DNA of 63,289 nucleotides, counting the filler, from Octopus bimaculoides (lineage: Eukaryota), in assembly GCF_001194135.2 (NCBI RefSeq). It is 4 parts of 4 records of this genome, joined end to end, with 100 filler letters (N's around TTAATTAATTAA, not from the genome) between each part and the next. Parts side by side here need not be neighbours in the genome. Positions count along the whole stretch, not along the records: positions 31,616 to 58,019 come from NC_068992.1; 3 more parts are not named here. The stretch is one strand, 5' to 3'. Below the pieces are notes generated by a model, which had not been told where the DNA came from, did no database searches, and saw only the letters and a program-made list of their open reading frames with translations. Below, piece by piece: positions 36,274-49,369 of the stretch. The translations under genes were made by a program, and so were the position numbers. Each line of letters opens with the position of its first letter. Position 1 is the stretch's first letter.

Positions 36274-39084
36274 CTAGTAGAGGTAGCCAGTGTTGCTTGG
36301 GGTGTGAATGCTTTGTCATTCTAAGAACGCTTATTTTCTAGTCTAACAATCTGCACTGCCAAAGCTTTTTTGAACGATTTATAGAATTCTGTGCCAAAAG
36401 GTACCAAAATTCACAAAAGAGTACAAAATATATTTTTGAAATATGTCACAACCTCAAAATAGAGAAAAAATGCCAGTTTTCCTAAGAAAATTTGTGATAT
36501 ATGGGTGTATAATGACTTGAAATTGATGAAAATACATATAAAAAAGAAATTTAAAATCTCTAAAACATACAATACAGTCAATTTTCTGATAAAAACATAC
36601 AAATCTGTACAAACTTACCAACTTTGGCATCGCAGCTAGTGAGTCCCCCAGGTGAAGTCCTGCCACTGAGTATTTGCCCCTGCAATTTGTTGCTCAACAT
36701 TGCAAAACTTACGCAAACAAGAAATTGCAACCGCCTGAAAGTAAAGTGGATTTCCGCTCCTGATAGAATAAGGGGAATCATCGGTATGAAGATGTCTTCT
36801 CCCTTTCCAGATCCCTGTTGTTTGAACCACAAAGAACTGGGATCACATAACATGCATGTTTGCAATATCACTGCAAACAATGCCCTGAGACTTGGGGGGG
36901 GGGGCTTTGATGCAGTGGCCTCTATGAGCATTGCATGACACTGTGCCCCATCTTCTAGCAACCCATGTTTGAAGCAGGCCACCTGATATGTTCCACATAC
37001 CTTGCCATCAAGGGTTTTCATGTCATGGAAACAAATTGGTCCTCTGATCTCATGCAGTAAAAGACTGAGGTAGAAACACTCCTGTTGACTGTGATGGACT
37101 GTGTAAACTCTCCTAAGACTGGGATTTTAATGCTGTGGCCCCTGCCAGCATTGCATCTCACTGTGCCCTATCTTTAGCAACCCATGCTTGAAGCAGGCCT
37201 TCCGGTATGTTCCATATATCTTGTCATCAAAGGTTTTCAGATCCTGGAATCACTCCTGTTGACTGAGATGAACTGTGTAAACTCTCCCAAGGTAATTGCC
37301 AGGATGTCCAACATCTTGACCAATCTTTCTTCGTACCCACTTCTTTTTGGCATTTACACAAATTGTGAATTTATTGGAGCAAGTAGTATGAAAGACACAT
37401 GGAGGTAGGTACATAGAAAGTCTACAGAACCTCTCTGTAGACAATATTTTTTGTTTTACCTTGTGGGGCAAATGCAAATAGACTGTTTTTAGTCCCCACT
37501 CTGAAGCAGCCAACATACAATTGCCCATGTGAAAAACACGGCTCCTCCAGGTGAAGTCCTGCCACAGAGAGTGTTTACCCCTGCGATTAATTGATTGACA
37601 TTGCAAAACTTGCATGGACAGGAAATTGCAACCGCCTGAAAGCAAAGGGAATTTCTGCTCCTGACGGAATAATGGGGATCCTTGATTGGAAGGCGTCCTC
37701 TCCCCATCCACATCCTCACAGAATGGTCACCTCAATAACACATGGCATCATCTTCTTCACCACCACTCATGTCCCGTTGCACAGTCTCAGAAGATCCAAA
37801 TTCCTCAGCAACATTATTGGAGTGCCAACTTTCAGTCTCAATCTATGGGGAGGGAGACTTGGAGGTTCCAGCGGGAGCTCTGGGCAAAATGTTATAGTGC
37901 ATGACCATTCTTGACACCTGAGTAATGTGTGGCTAAAGTTTGGTAAAATCAATTGCAAACTGTAGAAATGTATACGTATTCCACAAAGACATCCTTTGTT
38001 GGGAGAGCATACGAATACCGTAATGACAAATATAATTACGCACAACAAAATTGAAATACACTGAAATCAATTTTTAGGCATATGTGGCAAAACTGAATTT
38101 AAACACACTGGGGGAATAAAAATGAAAAATAGCTAAATTATTTTTCAGGGAGAATGTACAAAAACTACAACAGAGATTTTTATACATGACTAATTTGAAT
38201 ACAAGGAAGTCAATTTGTAGACAGAACTTACAAACCCTGTTTGAGTGTATAAAGCTCTAGAAGAAAATAGTTTGATTGTAAAAACTTCAGCTGCTTTAGG
38301 GTAGCTTTTTCTAATACATGACCACTCAGTGGCATGGTTGAAATCTCATAGGTTAGTAATAAAGGCTTATCTGCTGTATGTGGCCCATAGCAATCATATG
38401 TATGCATGCATGACGCTTATCAATAGAGAGAGAACTGTAAATAGTGTATTTAAATAGATGGGGTGCAAAAAATTAAAAATAAGTAAAGTAATGTAAGGAG
38501 AATGTACAAATACTGTAAAGACAAAGATATTTACGCACAACAAAATTGAAATGCACTGAAGTCAATTTTTAGGCAGACGTGGCAAAACTGAAATTAAACA
38601 CAGTGGGTGAACAAAAATTAAAAATAACAAAATTATTTTTCAGGGAGAATGTACAAAAACTGTAACAACAGAGATTTTTATGCATGACTAACTGAAATAC
38701 ATGAAAGTCACTTTGTAGGCAGAAATAAGTGTGTGAGTAAGTTAAAGAGAGAGAGAAAGAGTGAAAGAAACAGACAGACTAAAAGAGAGGAACTATTACA
38801 GAGGGCGAGAGAGAAAATGTGTAAGCAAGAGAAACAGAGAATGGGAAAAAGAGAGAGAAGAGAGAAATAGACAGAGAGAGAGAAGGGAGAGAATCGGTTG
38901 AAAACTGCAGAAGTTTTTAGAGAAAAACCTGTGTTAAACACTGTTTTTCTCACTTTATAGTGCATGACCATCCTTGCACATAAGTAATGTATGTAATGTT
39001 TGGTGAAAATCAGTTAGAAACTGTAGAAATGCATATGTACTACACAAACACACACAGACATCTTTTGTTTTATATATATATAGA
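36274..39084 (-). mobile_element. Non-autonomous Helitron (tandem or rearranged) with Rep-adjacent and PIF1-like helicase remnants
   Basis: Minus-strand 5' end A|TCTATATATAT at 39084 and 3' end CTAG|T at 36274; fragments LPPHRLRLKVGTPIMLLRNLD..LCNGT, GEDIFIPMIPLI...RRLQF.V.VSFAM..NK.QGQ and ACFKHGLLED...LRALFAVIL..C...DPSSLW. Confidence 0.85.
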
Positions 39085-40034
39085 TGTAATGCCAATAATA
39101 GGGGTTGAATGCTACTTATATATAAAGAATTTTATAAAATACTCCATACCCTCAATACATAACTATACACACCGCTTAATCTTTTCCCTTATTATACCAG
39201 CTCAATTAATAAGAAATGAGAAAATACTGACACACTGCTATTGATCTTTCATTAAGAATATTCAACTAAAGGTTATTTTATAAACAGACAACTTGAATAT
39301 AAGCATGTTACAAAAATGGATCTGATTTTACTATCATAACTTGTGAAATAGCCTGTCACAAACAGTTCTCATTAACAATATAATGAGGCATTTGTATCAC
39401 TAAAGCAACAGAAATTTCTCTCACCGATCTTTATTGGAGAAAATTAGAACATGTGATATTACATTTCTCAAAGTCATTAATTATAATAAAATGTTGAGAG
39501 TTGGGTTATGTTTTCTGTTTTTACTCATGAATACAGAATTTAACTTCTGCTTCATAGCACTGAACAAATGAGAGAGACATGTCTTATGGTAGAACAAATA
39601 TAGAGTATAGTATTGGTTAAACACTTTCTGGCATGATATGAATGAAGGTGACTACCAGAAATTATAGAGCAAAAAAATCAATGAAATAGCGATTACTTCA
39701 AGAAATAAAAAAAAAGAAAAAAACAATCAAAACATTATTTCTATTTCTAGTGTGTGCATTTCAGGTGTGCATTTATCTCCAGTAAATTACACAGGAAAGC
39801 TTTTATTATCTGTTATAAAGAAAATGTATAATGAATGTGAAATTATAGCCACCCTGACTTCCCCTGGCAAGTCATGGAAGTAATAAATATATATATAACA
39901 CAACAAACTTATAGAACACTAAGTTCAGCTTTGTCTTGATGGCATTGAATGTATTTGTAGCATTCATATTTTCTCTCTTAATTATTTATAATGAACTTGA
40001 AACCTTATGCTGTATATACTATTTATTGTAGTGA

Positions 40035-40365
40035 AGGCACATGTCTCAGAGGTTAGTGTCAAGTTTATGATTGTGAGGTTGTGAGCTCGATTTCTGGACA
40101 GGGCTGTGTGTTATGTTCTTGAGCAAGACACTTTATTTCACATTGCTCCAGTTCACTCATCGGTAGAAATGAGTTGGGATGTCACTGGTGCCATGCTGTA
40201 TCGGCTTTTGCCTTTCCCTTGGATAACATTGGTGGCATGGAGAGGGAAGGCTGGTATGCATGGGCAACTGCTGATCTTCCATGAACAACCTTGCCCAGGT
40301 TTGTGCCTAGGAAGGGAACTTTCTAAGTGCAATCCCATGGTCATTCGTGACTGAAAGGAGTCTTT
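40035..40365 (+). mobile_element. tRNA-derived SINE (core ttcttgagcaagacactttatttcac)
   Basis: tRNA-like head; inverted homologue at about 44985-45215 and fragments near 26040-26260. Confidence 0.65.
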
Positions 40366-41473
40366 ACTATTTATTGTAGATGGTATGGCTTGTTGTACAC
40401 AACTGCATTAAATATCGACTGTAATATTCATGTTTGGGTTAATATTTACAATTCTTTACATTGGTGCAATGCAATTATGAAGTTACTTTTCACACCCTAT
40501 ACTGACTGAACTTTCAAGAGTGCTCTTCAGGGCCCTCAAATATTTCTTCGTTATGTGTGATAAATAAGCAGCTGTCAGTATTAGCCATCTAAAGTAAGCT
40601 CATTTGGAAAGTTTATTTGTCACCAGTCTCAGTGTTACAATATCTCATCCTATCAACAGTGGCCCAGTTATTCCACTAACGGCCAGCAAAAGTAAATTAG
40701 GATAACACATACACTTGCCAGTCCGATTGTTTTCCCATGCTCTGTTTGCGAGAGAAACATTCTGTGTTCATTACTTCAAAACCAAGACAAGTTGATTGTT
40801 GTTTTTTTATGAACAGCTATCTAAGGAAAGACTAATGTTGTTATATTTTTGGTACTTAACTCAAACGTAGATCCTCAAATTGACAGCTCTTGTCAACAAT
40901 TATTAACAATAGACATATCTACATCATCACTATTTAGACCAATCAGCTACTTAAAACAATGCTTAATTAACAAGCATCACTGTTAAGAAGCATTATCATG
41001 AAGGAGATTACTAATTAGATTTTTTATTTCCTCCTCCTCCTCCTCCTCCTCCCACCACCACCATACTATTTCCATTTGTAACTCATATAATACATTAGTG
41101 CCATCCTAAATATAACTAACAAAGCTTGTTTATAGACTTGGTGTCTTCATTGGATATGAACATGGTACAGATATCTATTGTTTACTACTTATATATCTCT
41201 TACAGCAACAACTGCACAGTACTAAACAAGAAAAAGTTGTTTTTTTGTGAAATATTTGTCTTATGAATAACACTGGATGATAAGAAGCTATATTTATGGA
41301 AGTGTGTGTGAGTTGTATGCAATAAGCTGCAGACAGCCACAGAAATATGCTATATGGTGGTGTGAATCTTCGGAAGAGAAAAATAGAAACAAAAGTGTTA
41401 GCAAGAAAAAGAAAACATGCGCACGCAAGCATACACACACACACACACACACAAACATACACACACTCTCTCA

Positions 41474-41507
<34 letters not shown>

Positions 41508-41869
41508 TGCACACACACACACAATATACGTATGTATATGTGGGTGTAAAGAGAAAGGAAGTTCACCTTTCAAGCATGTTATGTTGAAAACATGAGTATA
41601 ACATTTTAAAAAATGTTTTGTTTGAATGTAAACAGATCATATTTGTTACTACACTGCTGCAGAAACTATATAGCAAACTTCTAAAATTTATTTTGCTTGC
41701 CCATCTCAAAATCTAAATGAAATCTACATGAATTTTTTCTTCATTTATCTAAATGCATATAAGCTTTTGGTTCTGCCTGGTGCTGTTTAACATGAAATTC
41801 TGTCAGACCAAAGAGACCCTACATCAAGGCATAAAAAAATTTAATAACACTTTTCATACACTAGGTACA

Positions 41870-43040
41870 GAGGCATGGCTATGTAGTAAGAAGTTTGATT
41901 CTCAACCACATGGTTCCAGGTTCAGTCAACTGTGTAACGTTTGGGCAAGTGTCTTCTACTATAGTGCCAGGCTGACCAAAGCCTTATAAGTGGACTTGGT
42001 TCATAGAAATTAAAAGAAACCTGTCATACATACATGCATTCTTTTATTTGTTTCAGTGATTTAACTGCAACCATGCTGAAGCACTGCCTTCAAGGATTTT
42101 AGTCAAACAAATCAACCCCAGAACTTATTTTTTAAGCCTGTTGCTTATTCTATTGGTCTATTTGCTGAACCACTAGGTTACAGGGATGTAAACACACCAA
42201 CACTGATTGTCAAATGGGGATGAGGTACAGATACAAACACGTGCCAATACACACACTCATACACTTCTTTCAGTTTCCATCTACCAAATCCATTTACAAG
42301 GCTTTGGTTAGCCTGAGGCTCTAGTAGGACTAAACCTAAAACCATGTGGTTGGGAAGCAAGCTTCTTACCACTAGGCACAAGGCCTGAAATTTTGGGGGA
42401 GGGGGCCTGTTGATTAAATCGATCCCAGTATGCAACTGGTACTTAATTTATCGACCCCGAAAGGATGGAAGGCAAAGTCGACCTCAGTGGAATTTGAACT
42501 CAGAACGTAAAGACAGACGAAATACCATTAAACATTTCGTCCAGCATGCTAACATTTCTTATTTTTTTACTGCCCACAAGGGGCTACACACAGAGGGGAC
42601 AAACAAGGACAGACAAACGGATTAAGTTGATTATATCGACCCCAATGTGTAACTGGTACTTATTTAATTGACCCTGAAAGGCTGAAAGACAGAGTCGACC
42701 TCGGTGGAATCTGAACTCAGAACATAGCGGCAAATGAAATACCACTAAGCATTTCACCTGGTGTGCTAACAATTCTGCCAGCTCGCCGCCTTACTCCTAT
42801 ATATATTATATATATATCTGTGTGTGTATTTATGCTTGTGTTTGTCCACTCACTCCCACCAATTGACAAATGGTGTTGGTTTGTTTATATCCCCATAACT
42901 TAGTGGTGCAGCAAAAGAGACTGACAGAATAATTATTAGGCTTCAAAAAATAAGTACTAAGGTCAATTTGCTCAACTAAAACCCCTTTAAAGTGGTGCCC
43001 AGCATGGTCACAGTTGAATGACTGAAACAAGTAAAAGATA
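41870..43040. mobile_element. Cluster of adjacent and nested SINE copies
   Basis: At least five copies of the two main families, including 42374-42557 and 42572-42792 on the minus strand. Confidence 0.75.
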
Positions 43041-43199
43041 AATGATTAAATATTAATGCAAAGGTCCTCTCCACACTTGAAGGTAAAATAATACATACCA
43101 GCACAGTGCACGACATCAGAAGAACAAAGATCATCTTACAGTTCTATATTTAAGAGATGAGGAATTATGTACATTATTTACGTTATTTACATTTGATGG

Positions 43200-43307
43200 A
43201 GATTTGTCCTCATCTTGTTTGTTGTTAACACAATGTTTTGGCTGATATACCCTCCAGCCTTCATCAGGTGTCTTGGGGAAATTTCGAACCTGGGTTCTCA
43301 TTCCTAA
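43200..43307 (-). mobile_element. Tail of the hammerhead-SINE family (ribozyme core mutated), cut by a gap
   Basis: Motif at 43227-43272 has CTGATGA intact but GAAACGTT changed to AAAACATT. Confidence 0.75.
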
Positions 43308-43345
43308 NNNNNNNNNNAATGTTATTATTATTATTATTATTATTA

Positions 43346-44219
43346 TCTTACATATTAAAACTGAAAATGTCTGTGTGTGTGTGTGTGTATCGGTATGTCC
43401 TCGTTTTTTGCCAAAACAGCTCGACTGATTTTTCTTAAACTTCACACACACATTGCTTATGTGTCTGGGGAGGTTTTAAGTATAACTTGATTTGAAAAAA
43501 ATGTTCAGGTAAACGGTGGGAGGAATAACATTTGGGCGTGAGTGAGTGGTGGGAGTAATGATTTTTAAGCTTCTAAGGGAAATCACCCATTCCCTCCTGG
43601 AAATAACCACCAAGGGAAATAACCCATTCATTTTCAGTATGCTTATTTCTTAGTATTTGAACTATTTTAGTTATTTTCTTAATTTATCCAATACAACGCT
43701 TAAACAAGTAAATAGTATTCTCCTAAACAATAGATCCACTTATTTTGGTTAGTGACTTATTCATGCTGCTGAGGGGGTAATATTCTCTAGGAACACACAA
43801 AGTCTTTTCCACAGTTAATTACTTTGAATTGTCATTATCTCATATCTGATTAGCCTGTTATTACGTAACATGTTTCACAATTTTAGTATACAGACCTTAT
43901 TAATATTTCCTCCTAAAATCTATATACTCTGGGAACGTATTAATGCACTTTTCGGGCCTACTTTATTTGAATTCTTACTTTAGGGTAATTAATTTCATGT
44001 TATTACATAACTGACTTCACAATTTGGGTATTCATAATTTTCTGGGAATTCTTAAAAACAAGATCCTTTGTAAGACAGTTTGGTATTCTCAATAAATACA
44101 CAAAAAGTGTTTTAAGGGCTACATACTAAGTATTGTTGTTACTGGATTAGCAAAACAATTATGAGGACAGATCCAAGGGATAAGCCCACTTTCCGAGGAA
44201 TTACCGGGTATGTCAGCTA

Positions 44220-44261
<42 letters not shown>

Positions 44262-44605
44262 GCTTATTATAGCCTCCGGCCAACCAAAACCTTGTGAGTG
44301 GATTTCGTAGTTGGAAACTGAAAGAAGACTGTCGTATATATGTGTATATTTTTGTATGTGTGTGCCTGTGTCTTGTGTTTGTACCGCCACCATTGCTTGA
44401 TAACTGATGTTGCTGTGTTTACATTCCCGTAACTTGGTGGTTTGGTAAAAGACACTGACAGAATGAGTACTAGGCTTACAAAGAATAAATCCTGTGGTTG
44501 ATTTCTTTGACCAACGGCGGTGCTCCAGCATGGCCACAGTCACATGAATGAAACAAGTATAACAATAAAAATTTTTATTCCGAGCAAGGCCGGGTATCTC
44601 TGCTA

Positions 44606-44606
<1 letters not shown>
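43346..44606 (+). mobile_element. Non-autonomous Helitron-like element with a nested SINE
   Basis: 5' A|TCTTACATATTAAAA...atgtctgtgtgtg (resembles the 5' end at 39084), 3' ccgagcaaggccggg hairpin then CTAG|T at 44603-44607. Confidence 0.7.
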
Positions 44607-44647
<41 letters not shown>

Positions 44648-44649
<2 letters not shown>

Positions 44650-44747
44650 CTCTTAACCACTATGCCATATGCCCGTGTGCATATGGCATTGTGGTTAAGA
44701 GCATAGACTACTAACCCCAAGATTCCGAGTTCGATTCCAGGCAGTGA

Positions 44748-44788
<41 letters not shown>

Positions 44789-44915
44789 TCGAAAAATACT
44801 TTAGGAATGAGAACCCCGGTTCGAAATTTCCTCAAGACACCTGATGAAGGCTGGAGGGTATATCAGCCGAAACGTTGTGTTAACAAGAAACAAGATGAGG
44901 ACAAATATCTGTCAA
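44648..44915 (+). mobile_element. Hammerhead-SINE copy with a short remnant of the inverted left arm
   Basis: cactcttaaccactatgccatatgcccg|tgtgcatatggcattgtggttaagag palindrome, then tRNA-like head, (AAT)n and ribozyme tail. Confidence 0.8.
44836..44881 (+). ncRNA. Second intact minimal hammerhead ribozyme motif
   Basis: gacacctgatgaaggctggagggtatatcagccgaaacgttgtgtt, identical to 1874-1919. Confidence 0.7.
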
Positions 44916-45253
44916 ATGTAAATAGTGTAAAAATCATCTTATATAAATACAATCAGGTAATGCCTAGAGCCAATAATATCTATAAAGACCCCTTTCAGTC
45001 ATGAATGACCATGGGATTGCACCTAGAAAGTTACCCTCTGAGTTGCAAAGATGTTTATGGAAGCCCAACAGTCACCCATGCATACCAGCCTCCCTTCTCC
45101 ACACCACTGATGTTATACAATGGAATGGCAAAGGCCAATACAGTTTGGTACCAGTGATGTCACTACTCATTTATACAGATGAGTGAACTCGAGTAATGTG
45201 TTGTGTTCTGAGCCTGATGCTCTTATTTCTCTCTCTCTCTCTCTCTCTGTATG

Positions 45254-45299
<46 letters not shown>

Positions 45300-45634
45300 C
45301 AAATAGTAAATGAGTATATGCATATATACATACAGGTATGTATATATCCACCTGTATGTATAGGTGCATATCTGGGTACAGGACATTGCAAACAAAACAG
45401 AGACGAGAAAACACACAAGCCACATAGAGAACATTCTACTTCATATATATATAGCATTTCCTTCTTTCCCTTTGGACTTTACTGTTACAAACGAAGAGCT
45501 ATGTTCAAAATGTTAACAACTGTTTCCCTTCACCTAGTGTCAAATTAACATATTTCTTGTGCACATCCTCACTTTCATTTTTTTCTGTCCTTTCAATTAT
45601 TTGTTTATTTGAACTGACTATACACACATGCACA

Positions 45635-46857
45635 CACAGACATGGCAGAAGTAAATAGACACCTTGATAATTATTAAATTTTTTAAATCTGAAATTATAC
45701 ATTCAAATTATTTATTAATTGTTATAATGTGAATATTTAATATTCAATAGACATGCCCTTTGCATTTTTCAATGCAAGGATCCTATTAGGCATGTTACTG
45801 ATCAGATGACGAATATTCTCTTGCGGAATTTCTTACCAAATTTCTCAAAAGATCTGGCTTTGAAGATAGTTTCTTATTCTTTTTATGAAGTGACCTGTCC
45901 ATTATGTCCCAAAGCTATTCAATAGGGCTCATATCTGGTGACTGGCTTAGCCATGGAAGCTTTTTAATGCCATTCTCATCTAACAAATTTTGAGTTATTT
46001 TAGCTGTGTGACAAAGAGCCCCATCTTCCATAAATAAATAGTCTTCTTTAATCATTTCACCCCTGGAGAAGACTGGGAGTCCTTTCTGCAATATGGATAC
46101 ATATTTATCTGAGTTTATGTTTCCTTCCCACTCCACCAACTCTTATCAACCATTGCTCTAAATTGCTCCCCAGACTACTACAGAATTGTCGGCTGCAATA
46201 TTTTCGCATCAAATTCTTGATCACAGAGTCTCCAAACCCACACTTGACCACTGTCAGGAAATACAGCAAATCTGGACTCATCAGTGAATATGACAGTGTC
46301 CCAAAATGCTAATAGCTTCTCCACCATCTCACCGGCCCAATCTTTTCTCCACTTGATGTTGGTTGGTTGAAGAAGTGGCTTCCTTCTTGCTGCTCTGCCA
46401 TAGTAACCAAGTTTGTGGAGATACCTGATAGCTCTTCTGGGACTAACATCAACTTGTTCTGCTATGTTAGAGGCCTTGCAACTAGGTTTATCCTCTACAC
46501 TTCTCTTAACAAAGAGAAGGGCCCTGTCAGAGGGCCCTGGTTGATCTGGGCAAGGTGATATGGTCTCCTTCCTCTCTCTGGTGAATTGCACAATCACTCT
46601 ATTAACTGGAGAAAGCAGGATCTCAAGGTTTTCTGCGATTTTACACTGACTATGTCCACCTTCAGAATGACCGACGATACAGCCTCTCAGAAATTCAGAC
46701 AGTTCCAAGGCTTCTTTTGTACAAGGCATGATTAAACAGTCACATATAGAACCTGAATCATAAAAATGTCAATTGATAAAAAATACAAACCTTTACAAGC
46801 TTGAATAAACATAAAACTATTTTATGGGGGTGTCTATTTATTTCTGTCATGCCTGTG
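45635..46857 (-). mobile_element. Full-length but decayed Tc1-family transposon
   Basis: 29-bp TIRs (45635-45663 versus 46829-46857, 3 mismatches), TA after the right end; split transposase with [31 protein letters not shown] and WLSQSPDMSPIE motifs (ORFs 46178-46729 and 45915-46139). Confidence 0.92.
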
Positions 46858-46865
46858 TATATACA

Positions 46866-47640
46866 CACGAGGTGGTATCAAAAAGTTCCCAGTTCTGTAG
46901 TGCACCAGTAGGTAGCAGCACATGGTTGCATGCGCAGTGAGAGCTAGCAGTGACTTTCATGAGGCAGTGTGCCGAGTGACATTGCTGTGTTTACTTCACA
47001 AGTCATTAAATTTGTGTTTTTGTGATCATGTGAAATTTTATGTTAGACTTGGGAAGTCTGCTACAGAGACAATGAGCATGCTCCAGAAAGCTTACAGAAA
47101 TGAGGCAATGGGTTGTACACAATGTTTTGAGTGGCATGGGCACTTCAAAAGCAGAACATCTCTGAAAGATGATGGGCAATCTGGAAGACCTGCCATGAGT
47201 GTCACTCCCGGAAATGTGGTATTGTGTATCGAGAATTTGTCCTCCAGGGCCAGACTATCAACCGAGAGTTCTACTGCAATGCTTAAAAGCATTTGAGGGA
47301 GGACATTCAGTGAAAGGACCTGGATCTGTGGCACACGAAGAATTGGATTCTTCACTGAGCTCTCCTCACTTATTAGTTTCTCACCAAAACAACATGGTAT
47401 CACTTCCACACCTGCAGTATTCACTAGATTTAGCACTTGCAGACTTCCATCTCTTCCCCAAGATGAAAATGCAACTCAAAGGTCATCATTTTAACACTGC
47501 TGTGGAGATGCAGAGTAAATTGCAGAAGGTCCTCGACTTGCTTACAGAAAACAACTTCCAGGCTGGATTCCAAAAGTGGCAAGAATGCTGGGATCAGTGT
47601 GTTGATGCTCAAGGTAACTATTTTGAAGGAGATGATGTTA
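46866..47640 (+). mobile_element. Internally deleted mariner element
   Basis: cacgaggtggtatcaaaaagttcc terminus; VKFYVRLGKSATET...CFEWHGHFK...SGRP N-terminus joined to YSLDLALADFHLFPKMKMQLKG...QGNYFEGD C-terminus. Confidence 0.9.
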
Positions 47641-48366
47641 NNNNNNNNNNNNNNNNNNNNNNNNNNNNNNNNNNNNNNNNNNNNNNNNNNNNNNNNNNNN
47701 NNNNNNNNNNNNNNNNNNNNNNNNNNNNNNNNNNNNNNNNNNNATATATATATATATATATAAATATTTCATCATCATCATTGTTTAACATCCATTTTCT
47801 ATGCTGGCATGGGTTGGACAGTTTAACCAGAGCTGCTACGCCAGGGCTGCACCAAGTTCCATTGTCTGTTCTGGCATGGTTTCTACAGCTGGATGCCCTT
47901 CCCAATAATAACCACTTTACAGAGTGTACTGGCTACTTTTTATATGCCACTACCACCAGTACATTTAATGTGGCACATTATTGTGTGTGTGTGAATATCT
48001 ATCAGTCATCATTTATTTTCTGTATCTCTTATATGCAAAAGAAATTAAAATGGCCAAGTTTGTATCAAATGTAATGCATGTACATCATTGAAAGGCAATT
48101 TACTGTGATATTCATCCAGAGATAACATCTCTTGTGGATATGCTGTGTTTAAAACACACTATATATCAGAGGGAGACAGGAATCATCCCAGCAGCAGGTA
48201 GCTTTTCACAATGGCTCTGTATATTTGTATGTGTGATATTGTGAAATCTGTTGTGTGTCATGTAGTGGGGGGGTTCTCTTGTATAACTATTATTTTGGTA
48301 TAAGAATGTGTTTATGGGTATGTGGAGTGTATGTTGAATAAGCAGCAATTTAATATGGGCAATGTT

Positions 48367-48397
<31 letters not shown>

Positions 48398-49369
48398 GTG
48401 TGTGTGTGTGTAGTAGTAGTAGTAGTAGTAGTTGTGGCAGTGATAGTAATAGTTGTGGTAGTAGTAGTAGCTGTAGTAATAGTTGTTGTAGTAGTAGTAT
48501 CCAAGTTCAATTCCTCACGAGCAGACAAAACTCATCAAACCTGATTAATATACCTGTAGCCCTCCTTTTTTTCATTGTGAGAAATAGATGGTAGATATGT
48601 TGAGATATAAATCTACATTGTGGAGTTCATGTTAACTAAGGATTTCATGCTTTGCCTATCAGCTTCTTCGATCAACATTCATGAGTGTAGTTCTCACTTG
48701 ATATGACAAGAAGATTCATTCTGATTGACTACAGTATTATATTCGTTTGTGCATGATGCTAGTGTGTATGTGTGCTTTTGCATATCTGTATGTATGTGCA
48801 TTTCCATGTATCTTTGTGTTTGTGTGTATGCATATGTTTATGTCATATATGCATGTATGTGTGTATATATGTTTACACGTGTGTGCATATGGATGTGTGT
48901 GTGCACACTTTTTTATGTTTATGCCAGCATGGAAAACTGACCTTAAATGATGACGATTGTGATGTGATGATGATGATGTTCATATGTTTGTGTATGAGAA
49001 ATGTTTCATGTCATTAGTCAGTCTGTGTTTGTTCATGAAAGAATCAACATAGATGTTTTACAGTGCCCATTATTTGGTCACTCATTGATTTGTGTTCAAA
49101 ACCTTTCTATTCTTCATTTTACATTTTTTTTTATTAAAAAAAAATGATAAAATTAATACCAACAACAAATCTCAATTGCCTCTTGTGGCAACAGAGACTT
49201 TTAAGTGTAACATGTTGGGTTTACTAAACTTGCATAACCAGATAATAGATTTTAAATGTTTGAGCTGTAAGACATATACTAACTTCACACACATTTCAAT
49301 TATTTAGACGTTTTACCCACTATGATTATTACAAAATCATATATTTTGACAATTTCTTTTATCTTTTAT

